Source: Desulfovibrio sp. (GTDB lineage: Bacteria; Desulfobacterota; Desulfovibrionia; Desulfovibrionales; Desulfovibrionaceae). Taken from it: 32,000 nucleotides of DNA. The translations under genes were made by a program, and so were the position numbers. The number at the start of each line of letters is the position of its first letter. Position 1 is the stretch's first letter. The DNA lies in contig NZ_JAGZUV010000003.1 in the NCBI RefSeq assembly GCF_018379785.1, positions 1,584 through 33,583 of the forward strand, in the 5' to 3' direction. This document shows positions 23,359 through 31,334 of this stretch, one piece after another. Under the pieces are notes generated by a model. The model saw only the letters and a program-made list of their open reading frames with translations. It was not told where the DNA came from and searched no databases.

Positions 23359-25754
23359 AAAGACAGTTCCCGTGTCTTTCCCTGATCATGGAGAAGGGAT
23401 AGGCCGACTTGTTTTTGTACTTCCTTAATCCCCCGCGACTTGTGCAGATCGTTGAAATCCGTCAAGCCTTTTGCCTTTTCCTCCTCATTGAACACCGGAG
23501 CCGCCACTTTGCCGCCCACGGCTAGGGCGGCGGCTTTGGCTTTTTCCATACCCACGTTGTAAGGTTTGCCGTTCCGTTTGAGCGCGTGATCGTTATCCGC
23601 GCAAATGGTGATTTGCGCTTGCGGGAATTTTTCCCGCAGGGCTTTGGCCACGGGTTCCAGGTTGCCGGAATCCAACGCCACGGCCACCGTTTTTTCCGTG
23701 GCCATGTGCAAACTTGCACCCGTGGCGTAGCCTTCGCAGATCAGGATTTCCCCTTGCGAGAAGTCTTTGCCTTCCGCCGCTATGGTATGAAAATTTCCCT
23801 TTTTTTCCATGCCGACTTTGAAACGCTTTTCCCCTTCCGGCGAAATAGATTGAAAGCCGCGCAGCTCATCCGCAGTATTCCGCAGAGGGACCGCCAGAAA
23901 ACCATTTTGATCTTGTCGCAGGCCAAAGGACGGCACTCCCTTTTCCTTGAGATAGTGAGCATCCGGCGAAGCCGATTCCAGTTTGTCCCACAAGTCCCGG
24001 CATTCTTTCGCTACCGCGTTTCGAGACTCCCGCATACTCTGTTCCCGCTCTTCCCGTTGCTGCTCCATTGCCGCCCGCCGTTCCGCCGATTCTTCCGGCG
24101 TCATGACATGGCCTGTTGCTGACCAGTGCAACACTTCCCCGGTAATATGGTTTTGTGCCCATCCGGCCGGGAGATGATCCAGATAGCCGCAATAGGCACC
24201 GTCAGCCCGTCCGGGGTTGGCCAGTTTGCCGAGCAGCGGGACGCGGTGAATTTTTCCATCCATGACGGGTTCCCGTCCCTGCATATCAAAGCCCGCCTCG
24301 TCCAGCATCCGGGCAAATTCGGCTTCTGGCGACAACCCCGGCACACGCACGGGACTCTTACCCGGTTCCGGCAGCCAACGAGAAAGCGCCCCCTGGTCCG
24401 CGCCTTCCGGGGCGAACCAACATTTTTCCGACCGGTCCCACTTTGCGCCCAGACGTTTGGCCTGTTCCTTTTCCCGAAACGGCACAACCAACCAAACTTT
24501 TTCCGCAGCCGTTTTCCGCGCCGGTTCCGGTACGCCCATTGCCGCCACGGGTTCCGGGGAAGCAGGTTCCGGCGCTTTACCCCGCGCATGTTCCGGCAGC
24601 CATGCGGCCAGTTTGGCTAAATCCGCCCCTTTTGGCGCATACCAACTTTTTTCCGTGGTATCCCATTTCGCGCCCAGGCTTTTGGCCTGTTCCTTTTCGC
24701 GGTATGGCACAGACAACCAAGTTTTTTCCGGGGCTGGACGTGACGGCGCGGATTGTTCCTGCGCCCCATCCGGCGTTCCCATAGCCGCTATGGGTTCCGG
24801 CGTATCGGGCCGCTCGACTTCCGGCGTTTTGACGCGCTCGTCTCCAAGTTCCTTGTCCCGTTCCAGTCCCAGGACGTATTCCTTGATTTGTTCGGCATCC
24901 CGGCAAGCCCGCATGATTTCAGAAGGGTCTTCCTCAAGGGCTTTGATCCAGGAGGCGACATAGGCCACATGCTGATCAGGATCGTGGCGGACGCCTATGT
25001 CTTGTCCGAGCATCCATGAAGCGATTTCCGCCCGCAACTCTTCCTTGGCGTAAGGTTCTGAGCCGAACGGTCCACCTTCCCGATTCAGGCGGGATTCATG
25101 GCCTGTCCAGTGACCAAGCTCATGTAGCGCTGTGGCGTAATACTTGCCCGGTTCGTCAAAATTCACTTTGGGCGGGAGGTGGATTTCATCCATCAAAGGC
25201 CGGTAAAAGGCACGATTGCTTTGATCGTGTTTGATGGTCGAGCCGGAGGCAGCCAGGATGCTTTCCGCCTTTTCCAGCGGTTCCCATTTATGGGGATTTT
25301 TCGTCAACGAGAGCGGCGGCAAGTCCCCGTCTATCTGTTCCGCATTGAAAACATGGGCGAAACGCACAATAGGCCGATCCAGATAGACATGGACCTTTTC
25401 CGGCTTGCCGTCTTCCCCCAGGACCGGATTGCCGTCCTCATCCATTTTATCTTTTTCCCGCGTCCACTGATAAAACACCACGGGCGTGGATTTACTCCCG
25501 GCCTGGACCTGATACCCCGCCTCTTGTGCCTGTTTATATGTCATCCACCGGGGATCGTCATAGCCGGACAAAGCCAACCCAACCCGGTTCACCCCCCTGT
25601 AAACCGTGCCGGAAACGGGATTATGCGGCGCAACGATTTGCCCGCCGTCTTCCCAAGGTTTTTGCCAAGGCGCGGTCCCTTCTTTCAGGCGTTCTATGAT
25701 TTTTTCCGCAAACTCTACATGGAACGGGGGACGTTTGGGCTTGTCATCCTTCAT
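23355..25754 (-). CDS. multidomain ArdC-like antirestriction protein / zincin metallopeptidase fused to two DUF5710-like repeats and a TraC-type Toprim primase
   Basis: ArdC N-domain (aa 10-130: APWQKPW...YRGVNRV.L). HELGH zincin motif (aa 211-215, nt 25110-25124). Two WL.VP.REKEQAK.LGAKWD...K.W.AP modules (aa 345-385 and 421-462). GKIHRVP...DGAYCGYLDHLPAGWAQNHITGE primase-type region. Toprim (ILICEGYATG...ICADND...TDFNDL, aa 669-770). Confidence 0.88.
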   Translation of the reverse strand: MKDDKPKRPPFHVEFAEKIIERLKEGTAPWQKPWEDGGQIVAPHNPVSGTVYRGVNRVGLALSGYDDPRWMTYKQAQEAGYQVQAGSKSTPVVFYQWTREKDKMDEDGNPVLGEDGKPEKVHVYLDRPIVRFAHVFNAEQIDGDLPPLSLTKNPHKWEPLEKAESILAASGSTIKHDQSNRAFYRPLMDEIHLPPKVNFDEPGKYYATALHELGHWTGHESRLNREGGPFGSEPYAKEELRAEIASWMLGQDIGVRHDPDQHVAYVASWIKALEEDPSEIMRACRDAEQIKEYVLGLERDKELGDERVKTPEVERPDTPEPIAAMGTPDGAQEQSAPSRPAPEKTWLSVPYREKEQAKSLGAKWDTTEKSWYAPKGADLAKLAAWLPEHARGKAPEPASPEPVAAMGVPEPARKTAAEKVWLVVPFREKEQAKRLGAKWDRSEKCWFAPEGADQGALSRWLPEPGKSPVRVPGLSPEAEFARMLDEAGFDMQGREPVMDGKIHRVPLLGKLANPGRADGAYCGYLDHLPAGWAQNHITGEVLHWSATGHVMTPEESAERRAAMEQQREEREQSMRESRNAVAKECRDLWDKLESASPDAHYLKEKGVPSFGLRQDQNGFLAVPLRNTADELRGFQSISPEGEKRFKVGMEKKGNFHTIAAEGKDFSQGEILICEGYATGASLHMATEKTVAVALDSGNLEPVAKALREKFPQAQITICADNDHALKRNGKPYNVGMEKAKAAALAVGGKVAAPVFNEEEKAKGLTDFNDLHKSRGIKEVQKQVGLSLLHDQGKTRELSL
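24360..24806. repeat. in-gene tandem duplication (period about 225-243 nt) encoding the two DUF5710-like modules and their Pro/Ala linkers
   Basis: Segments starting at 24416 and 24641 (ACCAAC...) align at roughly 80 percent identity and share an identical 17-mer TTGGCCTGTTCCTTTTC. CCCAT.GCCGC.A.GGGTTCCGG recurs at 24535 and 24778. Confidence 0.8.
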
Positions 25755-25956
25755 AGACTACATCCCCCTGAGCGTTGACGCTCAAAAGAACATCGTCCGC
25801 AAGATCGGCCAGCGTCACGGCGGATTCCGTGAACGCGCCCATCCAGTCGGCCACGTCAGGATCGACGGCCACGCCACCCCAAAGCGGATTGTCCGTCACC
25901 TGTTGCGCCACCACATTGACGGCGGCTTTCAAGTAGTCTTTTTCCTTGTCAGTCAT
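25744..25956 (-). CDS. hypothetical small acidic protein (70 aa)
   Basis: AAAGGAGAAG lies upstream of ATG 25956. The start overlaps the traF stop (ATGACTGA) and the stop overlaps the ArdC/primase start by 11 nt, so the gene is embedded in the operon. Confidence 0.5.
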   Translation of the reverse strand: MTDKEKDYLKAAVNVVAQQVTDNPLWGGVAVDPDVADWMGAFTESAVTLADLADDVLLSVNAQGDVVYEG

Positions 25957-26521
25957 GATTCTTCTCCTTTGGAGTCCAGACAAAAACCGGCACCGTGCGC
26001 CGGAGCGAGTCCAGCGGCACAAGGCCGAAATAACGGCTATCGAAACTGCCGGGATGTTCGCCCAGGACCAGGGCAGACCCCGCCGGAATGACGCCGGAGG
26101 TCAGCGCGGAAACCACCGGCCGCCCGTGCCGGTCCACAGTCTTGATCCGGCTTTCCAGCCACAGGCAGGCCACGGGAGAACCGGCAGGCGTAACGCGGAT
26201 TCCGTCCCGGTCCACCTGGATCAGATCACCGGGCAGCCCGGCCAAGCGTTTGAGCAAAGGCCGCAGCCCGGAAGGACAGGAACCAGGTTTGAGGTAGCCA
26301 CGTTCCGCCGCCAGATCGGCAAACGGCCCGGACAGACAGATCGCCACAGGCTCGCCGCGTTGCGGAGTGCCGGCCGCAAGCCGGTACAAGCCCACCGGGA
26401 GGGACGGCGTGGGATTGCAACGGTAGCCCGCACCCCAGGCCCACAAACACAGCAGGATCAGCGCCGCCCCGGACAGCGCCAGCGTGGCCAGCCGGTTAGG
26501 ACGCATCGAGATAACGGGCAT
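25949..26521 (-). CDS. traF: conjugative transfer signal peptidase TraF (S26 family, IncP TraF-like)
   Basis: N-terminal TM segment, then NPTPSLPVGLYRL...KRLAGLPGDLIQV...VLGEHPGSFDSRYFGLVP, typical of TraF/S26 peptidases that mature TrbC pilin. Confidence 0.85.
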   Translation of the reverse strand: MPVISMRPNRLATLALSGAALILLCLWAWGAGYRCNPTPSLPVGLYRLAAGTPQRGEPVAICLSGPFADLAAERGYLKPGSCPSGLRPLLKRLAGLPGDLIQVDRDGIRVTPAGSPVACLWLESRIKTVDRHGRPVVSALTSGVIPAGSALVLGEHPGSFDSRYFGLVPLDSLRRTVPVFVWTPKEKNHD

Positions 26522-28607
26522 AATCAGCCTCTACTTGTTCGGAAGTGTGGGCCGACGCGGGCGAAGCAGCGGCCGCGGACGTGACCACATACCAGGAGGC
26601 CGGACGCGGGAAATACAGGGAATCACTAATGCCGGATGGATAGGCCGCAGTCGTGCCGGGCGCGGGAATTTTGGCGCGGGTTGAAAAGGTGGGATCGAGG
26701 AAATAGAGGATTTGCCGCCCGTAAATAGCGGAATAGCCCGCCGTGAAAATGAGCATATCCCCCGGCGTGGCGTGGCCCTGTTCGTCTTTGGACAGTCCCG
26801 GCAAGCGCATACATTCATCCGGCGTCAGGAGATTACGGGCCGTTTCCGTGACGTTGACCGAGGCATTTTTTAGGTGGCCGGTTCGAGAGCCGGACAACGA
26901 CACCTTTTCTTCGACAACGGTAGTTTTTCCCGTCATTTTTGACAGGATTTCCGCCGTTTCTACCGTGTTCGGGGCGTAAGCGATCCGTACATGGCAATTG
27001 GCCATTAAAGCGTTTTCTTTGCCATAGACCGCATTCAATTGGGTAATATCCTGAACAATGAGATAGACCTTGCCACCATAGCCCGCGATGTAGGCCAAGG
27101 CTTTTTCCATAATCGGCAGCTTGCCCAGGGACGTGAACTCGTCCAGCATGAGCAAAAGCCGGTGTTTGTACCCGGCTTTGCTGGAACCATCCGCAAACTC
27201 CATTTTCGCGCAGACGCGGCGGATAATCATATCCACCATGAGCCGGATTAACGGTTTCATCCGATCTATGTCAGCCGGGGAAATGACAAGATACAAATTC
27301 ACCGGATTTTCCGCGTTCATGAGGTCATGAATGCGAAAATCACAGCGAGACGTGTTCAGCGCCACCACCGGATCGCGGTACAGGGCAAGATTTGTCAGGG
27401 CCGTGGACACGACGCCGGAGGCTTCATTTTCCGCCTTATTGAGCATTTCCCGCGCACTGGACGCGATGAAGACATGGGCTTTCTGGGCATAGTCCCCGGC
27501 ATCCCCATCGGGCGCGGTGTCAGGAAAGATTTTATGCAGCATGGCCGCATGGTCGGTTTTGACCATTTCATCAAAAAGTTGCTGAATGGTGCGGGATTCA
27601 TCGGCCAACATGCAGCCCAGATCGTAGAGCGTGGCGCAACGGTCTTGCTCATGCCGGACCATGATGCAGCAATGGAGCAGCGCCCCGGCCAGCATAGCGA
27701 ACGCCGCTTTGCTCCAATGGTCTTCAAGACCTTTGCCCGCAGGATCGACCAGCATAGCCGCCATATTCTGAGCGTCGGGAATAGCCAGCATGGAATCAAG
27801 ACGGATTTCCTCCATAGGATTGAAGAAGGCGGACGCGCCGGACATATCCGAAGGGTCGAACCGGAGCGCCGTTTGCCCTTGCGAACGGCGGAAACCAGAC
27901 GTAAGCGCCCAGTTTTCGCCCTTTATGTCTAAAACCAATGTGGAACCTTCCCAGGCCAACAGCGTGGGCAGAATGAGGCCCACGCCTTTACCGGAACGGG
28001 TAGGCGCGAAGCACAAGACGTGTTCCGGGCCGTTGTGCCGGAGGTACATTTGCCGTTCCCGACGCACGGGCGGACGATATGAGCGCAGGAACCAGACCAG
28101 CACGGCCCGACGCGCCACGGCGGACCAGTAGGCAAAGCCCGTAATGTGCTTGACCCATCCGCCGACATACACGCCCTTTCCGTCCATATAGCCCATGCGG
28201 CGGATCTCTTTTTCATTCGCCCATCGGGCCGAGCCGTGTAGCCGGGCGTCACCTTTCAACTTCTTCATAAAGGTGAACCACACGGCGAGGAGTAGGAATT
28301 GCGGGCAGAGGAACAGGGCTTGGCTTTGGGTTATGGCCTGTTCCATGAAGCCCGGATCATTGGCCCCGAATGCCTCTTGCCAGTGGAAAATCGCCCACGG
28401 CGCATACCAGCGGACGCCGAAGGCCGATCCCCAGGACGCGCCCAAGGCCGGATCGTACCCGTAGAACGCCGCTACCCGTTGCGTGGTCAGAATCAGGCAG
28501 GCAAGGCCGAGCAGCAGCACGAAAGGCAGATACAGCAAGCGCCAATTGCGGGAGCGTTCCGGGGAACCAAGGCCGAAGGAATTGTGTTGCGTGGAAGACG
28601 CACACAT
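26496..28607 (-). CDS. traG: type IV secretion coupling protein (TraG/VirD4 family)
   Basis: Two N-terminal TM segments, Walker A APTRSGKGVGLILPTLL, Walker B LLLMLDEF, and a conserved TraG/VirD4 C-terminal region. Confidence 0.93.
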   Translation of the reverse strand: MCASSTQHNSFGLGSPERSRNWRLLYLPFVLLLGLACLILTTQRVAAFYGYDPALGASWGSAFGVRWYAPWAIFHWQEAFGANDPGFMEQAITQSQALFLCPQFLLLAVWFTFMKKLKGDARLHGSARWANEKEIRRMGYMDGKGVYVGGWVKHITGFAYWSAVARRAVLVWFLRSYRPPVRRERQMYLRHNGPEHVLCFAPTRSGKGVGLILPTLLAWEGSTLVLDIKGENWALTSGFRRSQGQTALRFDPSDMSGASAFFNPMEEIRLDSMLAIPDAQNMAAMLVDPAGKGLEDHWSKAAFAMLAGALLHCCIMVRHEQDRCATLYDLGCMLADESRTIQQLFDEMVKTDHAAMLHKIFPDTAPDGDAGDYAQKAHVFIASSAREMLNKAENEASGVVSTALTNLALYRDPVVALNTSRCDFRIHDLMNAENPVNLYLVISPADIDRMKPLIRLMVDMIIRRVCAKMEFADGSSKAGYKHRLLLMLDEFTSLGKLPIMEKALAYIAGYGGKVYLIVQDITQLNAVYGKENALMANCHVRIAYAPNTVETAEILSKMTGKTTVVEEKVSLSGSRTGHLKNASVNVTETARNLLTPDECMRLPGLSKDEQGHATPGDMLIFTAGYSAIYGRQILYFLDPTFSTRAKIPAPGTTAAYPSGISDSLYFPRPASWYVVTSAAAASPASAHTSEQVEADYARYLDAS

Positions 28608-28679
28608 AACGACACTCCATAAAAGAGGCCGTCATGCGGCGCTGAGTTGGGACGCGAGGCCCGCAGCGGATAAGGCGAA

Positions 28680-29894
28680 TTACTTTAGATTATAAGGATG
28701 CTGAAAAACGAGGTCTTTTGTCACGACGAGATTGAACTGATAGCCCGGCCGTATTTCCAGCGTAGGCGTGATATTCAAATTTTTCTGCAACAATTGGAGC
28801 GAGGCTTGCCCCATTTGCGCGGCCAGGGCGGACCCCATTTCATCCTGTAGCGTCGGATTGTTATTGTTCCCGCCATTATCGCCGCCCATTGAATCCATCG
28901 TGTAGGCCATGCCGCCCGTGACCAGGGACATAATCGCAGCGGAACCAAAAATACGAAGATAATGATTGTTGATTCCGTCCGTATACCCCGCATAACCGGA
29001 CATATCCGCGCCGGGCATGGCCCCCAGGGTGACGGCGGACCCGTCAGGAAAGATCAACCGATTCCAGGCCACAAGTACGCGCTCTTGCCCGTAAACGACG
29101 CGGGAATCATAGACGCCGTAGAGCTTTGCGCCGCGAGGAATCAACAATTGTTGCCCCGTGCCTGTGTCGAACACATTTTGACTGACTTGCGCGATAATGG
29201 TTCCCGGCAGATCGGAATTGATCCCCGTGAGCATGACGCCGGGGATCACCGCCCCGGTTTTGATTTCAAGAGGTTGCCCCGGCGTCCGAGAGTGCGGCAG
29301 AATCCAAGCCGAATCCCGCGCCGAAGAGCGATCAAAAAAAGCCTCCTTGTCTTTGTTGGCGGCGGGATCGTAGCCGTTATCCCGCAGCGCCGAGGCGTCA
29401 ATGCCGTTACCCTGTTCCCGGCCTACGGGTTCCGGGCTGGACGATTGCGCCGGAGCGCCGCCCGCCGTCACACTCGCTTTTTTGACGGCCAGAGGCGAGG
29501 ACAGCGCCGAAAGGTAGGCTTGCGACCGCATCCGGCGTATGTTGTCTCTTTCCTGCTGATCGGCGGGTTTCTGGCCGTCATCCCGGACCACTATCAACGG
29601 TTCCGGCTTGCCTGAAACGACCGCTTGAGGAGTGGCAAGCCCCTGAGAACCGGCAGGAGGCAACGCCAGCCCGTTGCCTTCTCCCGCAATCAACGGGTTT
29701 TCCTGTTCCTTAATATCTACTTTTTGGGTTTGCGCGGCCTCCTCTTCCGGGTTATGCGCGAAATTCACACTGTAGACGAGCACACCAACCAGCAGCAACC
29801 CGGCGCAGATAACGGCATACAGAGGCCAGCGCCGCATTTTGACCACACCATCGGGCGGCAACGGTTCAAAACTGTTCGGAGAATCGGTGGACAT
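28680..29894 (-). CDS. trbI: conjugal transfer protein TrbI (VirB10 family)
   Basis: N-terminal TM segment, a Pro-rich linker, and the C-terminal barrel LPGTIIAQVSQNVFDTGTGQQLLIPRGAKLYGVYDSRVVYGQERVLVAWNRLIFPDGS. Confidence 0.92.
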   Translation of the reverse strand: MSTDSPNSFEPLPPDGVVKMRRWPLYAVICAGLLLVGVLVYSVNFAHNPEEEAAQTQKVDIKEQENPLIAGEGNGLALPPAGSQGLATPQAVVSGKPEPLIVVRDDGQKPADQQERDNIRRMRSQAYLSALSSPLAVKKASVTAGGAPAQSSSPEPVGREQGNGIDASALRDNGYDPAANKDKEAFFDRSSARDSAWILPHSRTPGQPLEIKTGAVIPGVMLTGINSDLPGTIIAQVSQNVFDTGTGQQLLIPRGAKLYGVYDSRVVYGQERVLVAWNRLIFPDGSAVTLGAMPGADMSGYAGYTDGINNHYLRIFGSAAIMSLVTGGMAYTMDSMGGDNGGNNNNPTLQDEMGSALAAQMGQASLQLLQKNLNITPTLEIRPGYQFNLVVTKDLVFQHPYNLK

Positions 29895-29903
29895 ACGGCC
29901 CCC

Positions 29904-30401
29904 TTAGTCGTTCAAGGCGTGGGCGGCTTTGTCATACGCGGCCCCGGCCTTGTTCGCGGCTTTTTCCAGTAAAGGACGAGGCGCCACGGCTTCCGTTTGG
30001 GAGCGTCCGGCTTCAGGCAGGCCCGCCGCGTCGTAGACTCTGGCCAGCGCCTTGCCGTCTGAAAGTCTCAGTTGCAGATACCACGCGGCATCGTCCCGCA
30101 GCTCGTCCAGCGTGTAGGCCACGGCCAGGGCGTCTTTTCGGTCTTCCATTAAAAGTGTGAACCCCCGTGACCGCAAGCCGTTTTCCAGAGCATGAGCAAA
30201 GGCGTTTTCCGCCTTGGCGGGCATAAGGAAAAGCGCGGTATGGCCGGGCGGATACGACGAAGCCAGGAAAGACACGGCATCTTGCGCCACCTGGACCACG
30301 GCGGTATCCGAAGGCAAAGGACCGCAGAAGGAGCCGGACAGGCCGCGCCCCGCGCAGCCGGAGAGCAGCAGAGCCAACAAGAGAAAAACAGCGCGTTTCA
30401 T
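29904..30401 (-). CDS. trbH: lipoprotein at the TrbH position between trbG and trbI
   Basis: Lipobox MKRAVFLLLALLLSGC. The size (165 aa) and position match IncP TrbH. The start overlaps the trbG stop (ATGA). Confidence 0.65.
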   Translation of the reverse strand: MKRAVFLLLALLLSGCAGRGLSGSFCGPLPSDTAVVQVAQDAVSFLASSYPPGHTALFLMPAKAENAFAHALENGLRSRGFTLLMEDRKDALAVAYTLDELRDDAAWYLQLRLSDGKALARVYDAAGLPEAGRSQTEAVAPRPLLEKAANKAGAAYDKAAHALND

Positions 30402-31324
30402 TTCCGGCCCCCTTCTCTGACGATTTCGATTTTTTGTTGATCGCCCCCCACGCCGACGATCAGCGCCAGCTTGTCAAAAATGCCGTCAACGACAATGGCC
30501 GAGTCTTTGACCCGGTAATTGACCAGTACATCTTTATTGCCTTTACGGACCAGGAGCACGGGCATTTCCCCGGACGCGGCGGATTTCGGCAGACGGATGA
30601 ACATTTGCCGCCCATCGTCATAGACCCGTTCCGGCGTCCAAGGCGCTTTCCCTTTGACTCCATAGGCAAAATTCAAATCGGACAAATCCCGGCGTTCCCC
30701 GTCTACCGTTGTACTTTCCCAGGTTGCCCGCCTTGTTTCGGCGGCTTTGCGGGCGGCAGCCGTGCGCCGCAGATCATCCGAGTACACAAAACCGACATAG
30801 GGTGTATGGCCGGAGCGTTGAGAAACAAGCCGCAGGTGATAGACCCGGCGATCCGTGGTAACTACGGCTGAACTTTCAAGCCCGGCGTCCACCGGCTTGA
30901 TGAACAGATGCACGGTAGCGGCGGGACCGGAACCCGCCGTGCCGGAATCCACCATCCACCGGGCCGAATCCCCTACTACAATTTCATTGACCGTTTCGCC
31001 TGATTCAAGTTCAACGTCGCAAACTTGCATTGGTACGGCCAAGATCGTGGGAAGACTGGCCCCATGCACAAAAACCACCTTGCCGCCGCTTCCCAGGACC
31101 GGCGCGACGTTACGCCGGGACCAGTCCGCCGAGAGATGCAAAGCGTGTTTTTCCTTATCCGTGAGCGGCACGGTGGACGGGCTGATATAGTCTACTTCCG
31201 AGACTACCGGCGAACCGGATTCCAGAGCCGGAGGATAGCCAGCCGGAACCACTGAGGGAGGAGACGCCGCCCAGACCGGGCAAGCGTAAAAACACGCGAA
31301 CAACAAGAGCATTATTTTTTTCAT
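30398..31324 (-). CDS. trbG: conjugal transfer protein TrbG (VirB9 family)
   Basis: Signal peptide MKKIMLLLFACFYACPVWA from ATG 31324, followed by a CagX/VirB9-type domain (VFVHGASLPTILAVPMQVCDVEL...YHLRLVS...YVGFVY). The 31639 start in the ORF track overlaps trbF and is rejected. Confidence 0.9.
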   Translation of the reverse strand: MKKIMLLLFACFYACPVWAASPPSVVPAGYPPALESGSPVVSEVDYISPSTVPLTDKEKHALHLSADWSRRNVAPVLGSGGKVVFVHGASLPTILAVPMQVCDVELESGETVNEIVVGDSARWMVDSGTAGSGPAATVHLFIKPVDAGLESSAVVTTDRRVYHLRLVSQRSGHTPYVGFVYSDDLRRTAAARKAAETRRATWESTTVDGERRDLSDLNFAYGVKGKAPWTPERVYDDGRQMFIRLPKSAASGEMPVLLVRKGNKDVLVNYRVKDSAIVVDGIFDKLALIVGVGGDQQKIEIVREGGRK

Positions 31325-31334
31325 GGTGTTTCCC

